Assembly (NCBI GenBank): GCA_964016885.1
Contig: OZ024742.1
Coordinates: 88,660,001-88,724,000, forward strand
Source: Eledone cirrhosa
Taxonomy: Eukaryota
Length of the DNA stretch: 64,000 nt
Direction: 5' to 3'
Each line of letters opens with the position of its first letter. Position 1 is the stretch's first letter. The notes beneath the pieces are model-generated. The model made no database searches. It was not told the origin of the DNA and saw only the letters and a program-made list of their open reading frames with translations. The position numbers and the translations under genes were made by a program. Shown in pieces: positions 62,443 to 64,000 of the stretch.

Positions 62443-63068
62443 TATATTTTCTTGATATATTTCTTTTTTCTTTTTTCTTTTTCTTTTCTTTCCTTTTTAA
62501 TTTTTATTTTTTTTCTTAGTTTATAGATACATCTATAAATAAGCAGTCTGCCCAAACCGTTGAATACTGACCTCTCCCCCCCTCCCACCTAATTTCTGTA
62601 TCTTGATCTAAATGTGTGTGGCAGTGTTTATGTGAGTGAATTAATATCCATGTGCTTATGATAATATTATATGCACATATATATATATGTGTGTGGGGGT
62701 GTGTCTGCGTATGTATGTTCGTAATTATGTGTATGTTTATGCATATACGCGCGCGTGTGTGTGAGTGTACGGATATGTGTGAGTATGAGAATATGTGTAT
62801 ACACTTATTTCATATTTATGTGTCTATACGCATCTTATCTGTGCATTATAAACTTACAGAGACATTAACCTTGACATTTTGTATTTGCATGCATCTTTTT
62901 GGCATGCGTATGCATGTTGAGCATACATCTTTTTATAAATATGTGTACGGGGTAGTTACATGTATATACACACGCCAAACTGCATAAAACCTTTTGTATT
63001 TTCATTGGTCAATTTTGTTCCCAAACGGACCTGAAATTTTGAATTGTTGTTATTATCAATAAATATAT

Positions 63069-63223
63069 TTCATTATTTCTGAAGACGGCGTATATGTGTG
63101 TTTGGTATGTATATTTAATCTTGATAGTTTGTATAATTTTGTATAATTTTGTACATAGATCTGTTGAATATGCATGCCAATTCTAACACATATATATCCT
63201 AGAAACGATCGTTAAATAATGAA
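63069..63223 (+). ncRNA. Hammerhead ribozyme with 116-nt stem II (family B, right arm)
   Basis: UUCAUUAUUU-CUGAAGA-[116-nt hairpin]-GAAA-CGAUCG-UU-AAAUAAUGAA. Perfect 10-bp stem I and palindromic stem III. Confidence 0.8.
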
Positions 63224-63300
63224 CTTTTTTTGTTTAATATAAGGAACTGTTTCATTGTTTTATTCATTATTTGTTTAATATTTTATATATATATATATAT

Positions 63301-64000
<700 letters not shown>

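Larger units (their letters stand above)
57041..63286. repeat. Giant palindrome, ~3.1-kb arms (family B fold-back element; left arm extends to 56908)
   Basis: 57041-60181 is the reverse complement of 60196-63286, apart from scattered substitutions and microsatellite length differences. (TA)n flanks. Confidence 0.95.

Noticed and set aside
57737-62588. Dozens of ORFs rich in YI/CV/HT repeats (also at 2.7, 27.3, 39.4, 45.6 and 63.4 kb)
   Set aside because: These are translations of TA/CA/TG microsatellites, not genes.

Overview
This is AT-rich, microsatellite-laden eukaryotic DNA. It is probably from a coleoid cephalopod (Octopus-like), inferred from the SINE family and the (TA)n/(CA)n load. 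No intact host gene is recognisable, and most long ORFs in the track are microsatellite artefacts. The window is mostly decayed retroelements: four Tx1/L1-like LINE copies (one nested and inverted), an R4/Dong RLE LINE, a Naiad-type Penelope-like element (PLE), CR1 and RTE remnants, and tRNA-derived SINEs. The unexplained signal is a set of mainly non-coding, (TA)n-flanked elements carrying type I hammerhead ribozyme (HHR) motifs, from about six sequence families. Three of them are fold-back palindromes with the same asymmetric design at three scales (118 bp, ~0.6 kb, ~6.2 kb). The largest carries an HHR whose stem II is expanded to a 116-nt hairpin. Another family occurs as a ~557-bp tandem, retrozyme-like unit. 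All structures were folded by eye, and no activity or database novelty has been tested.
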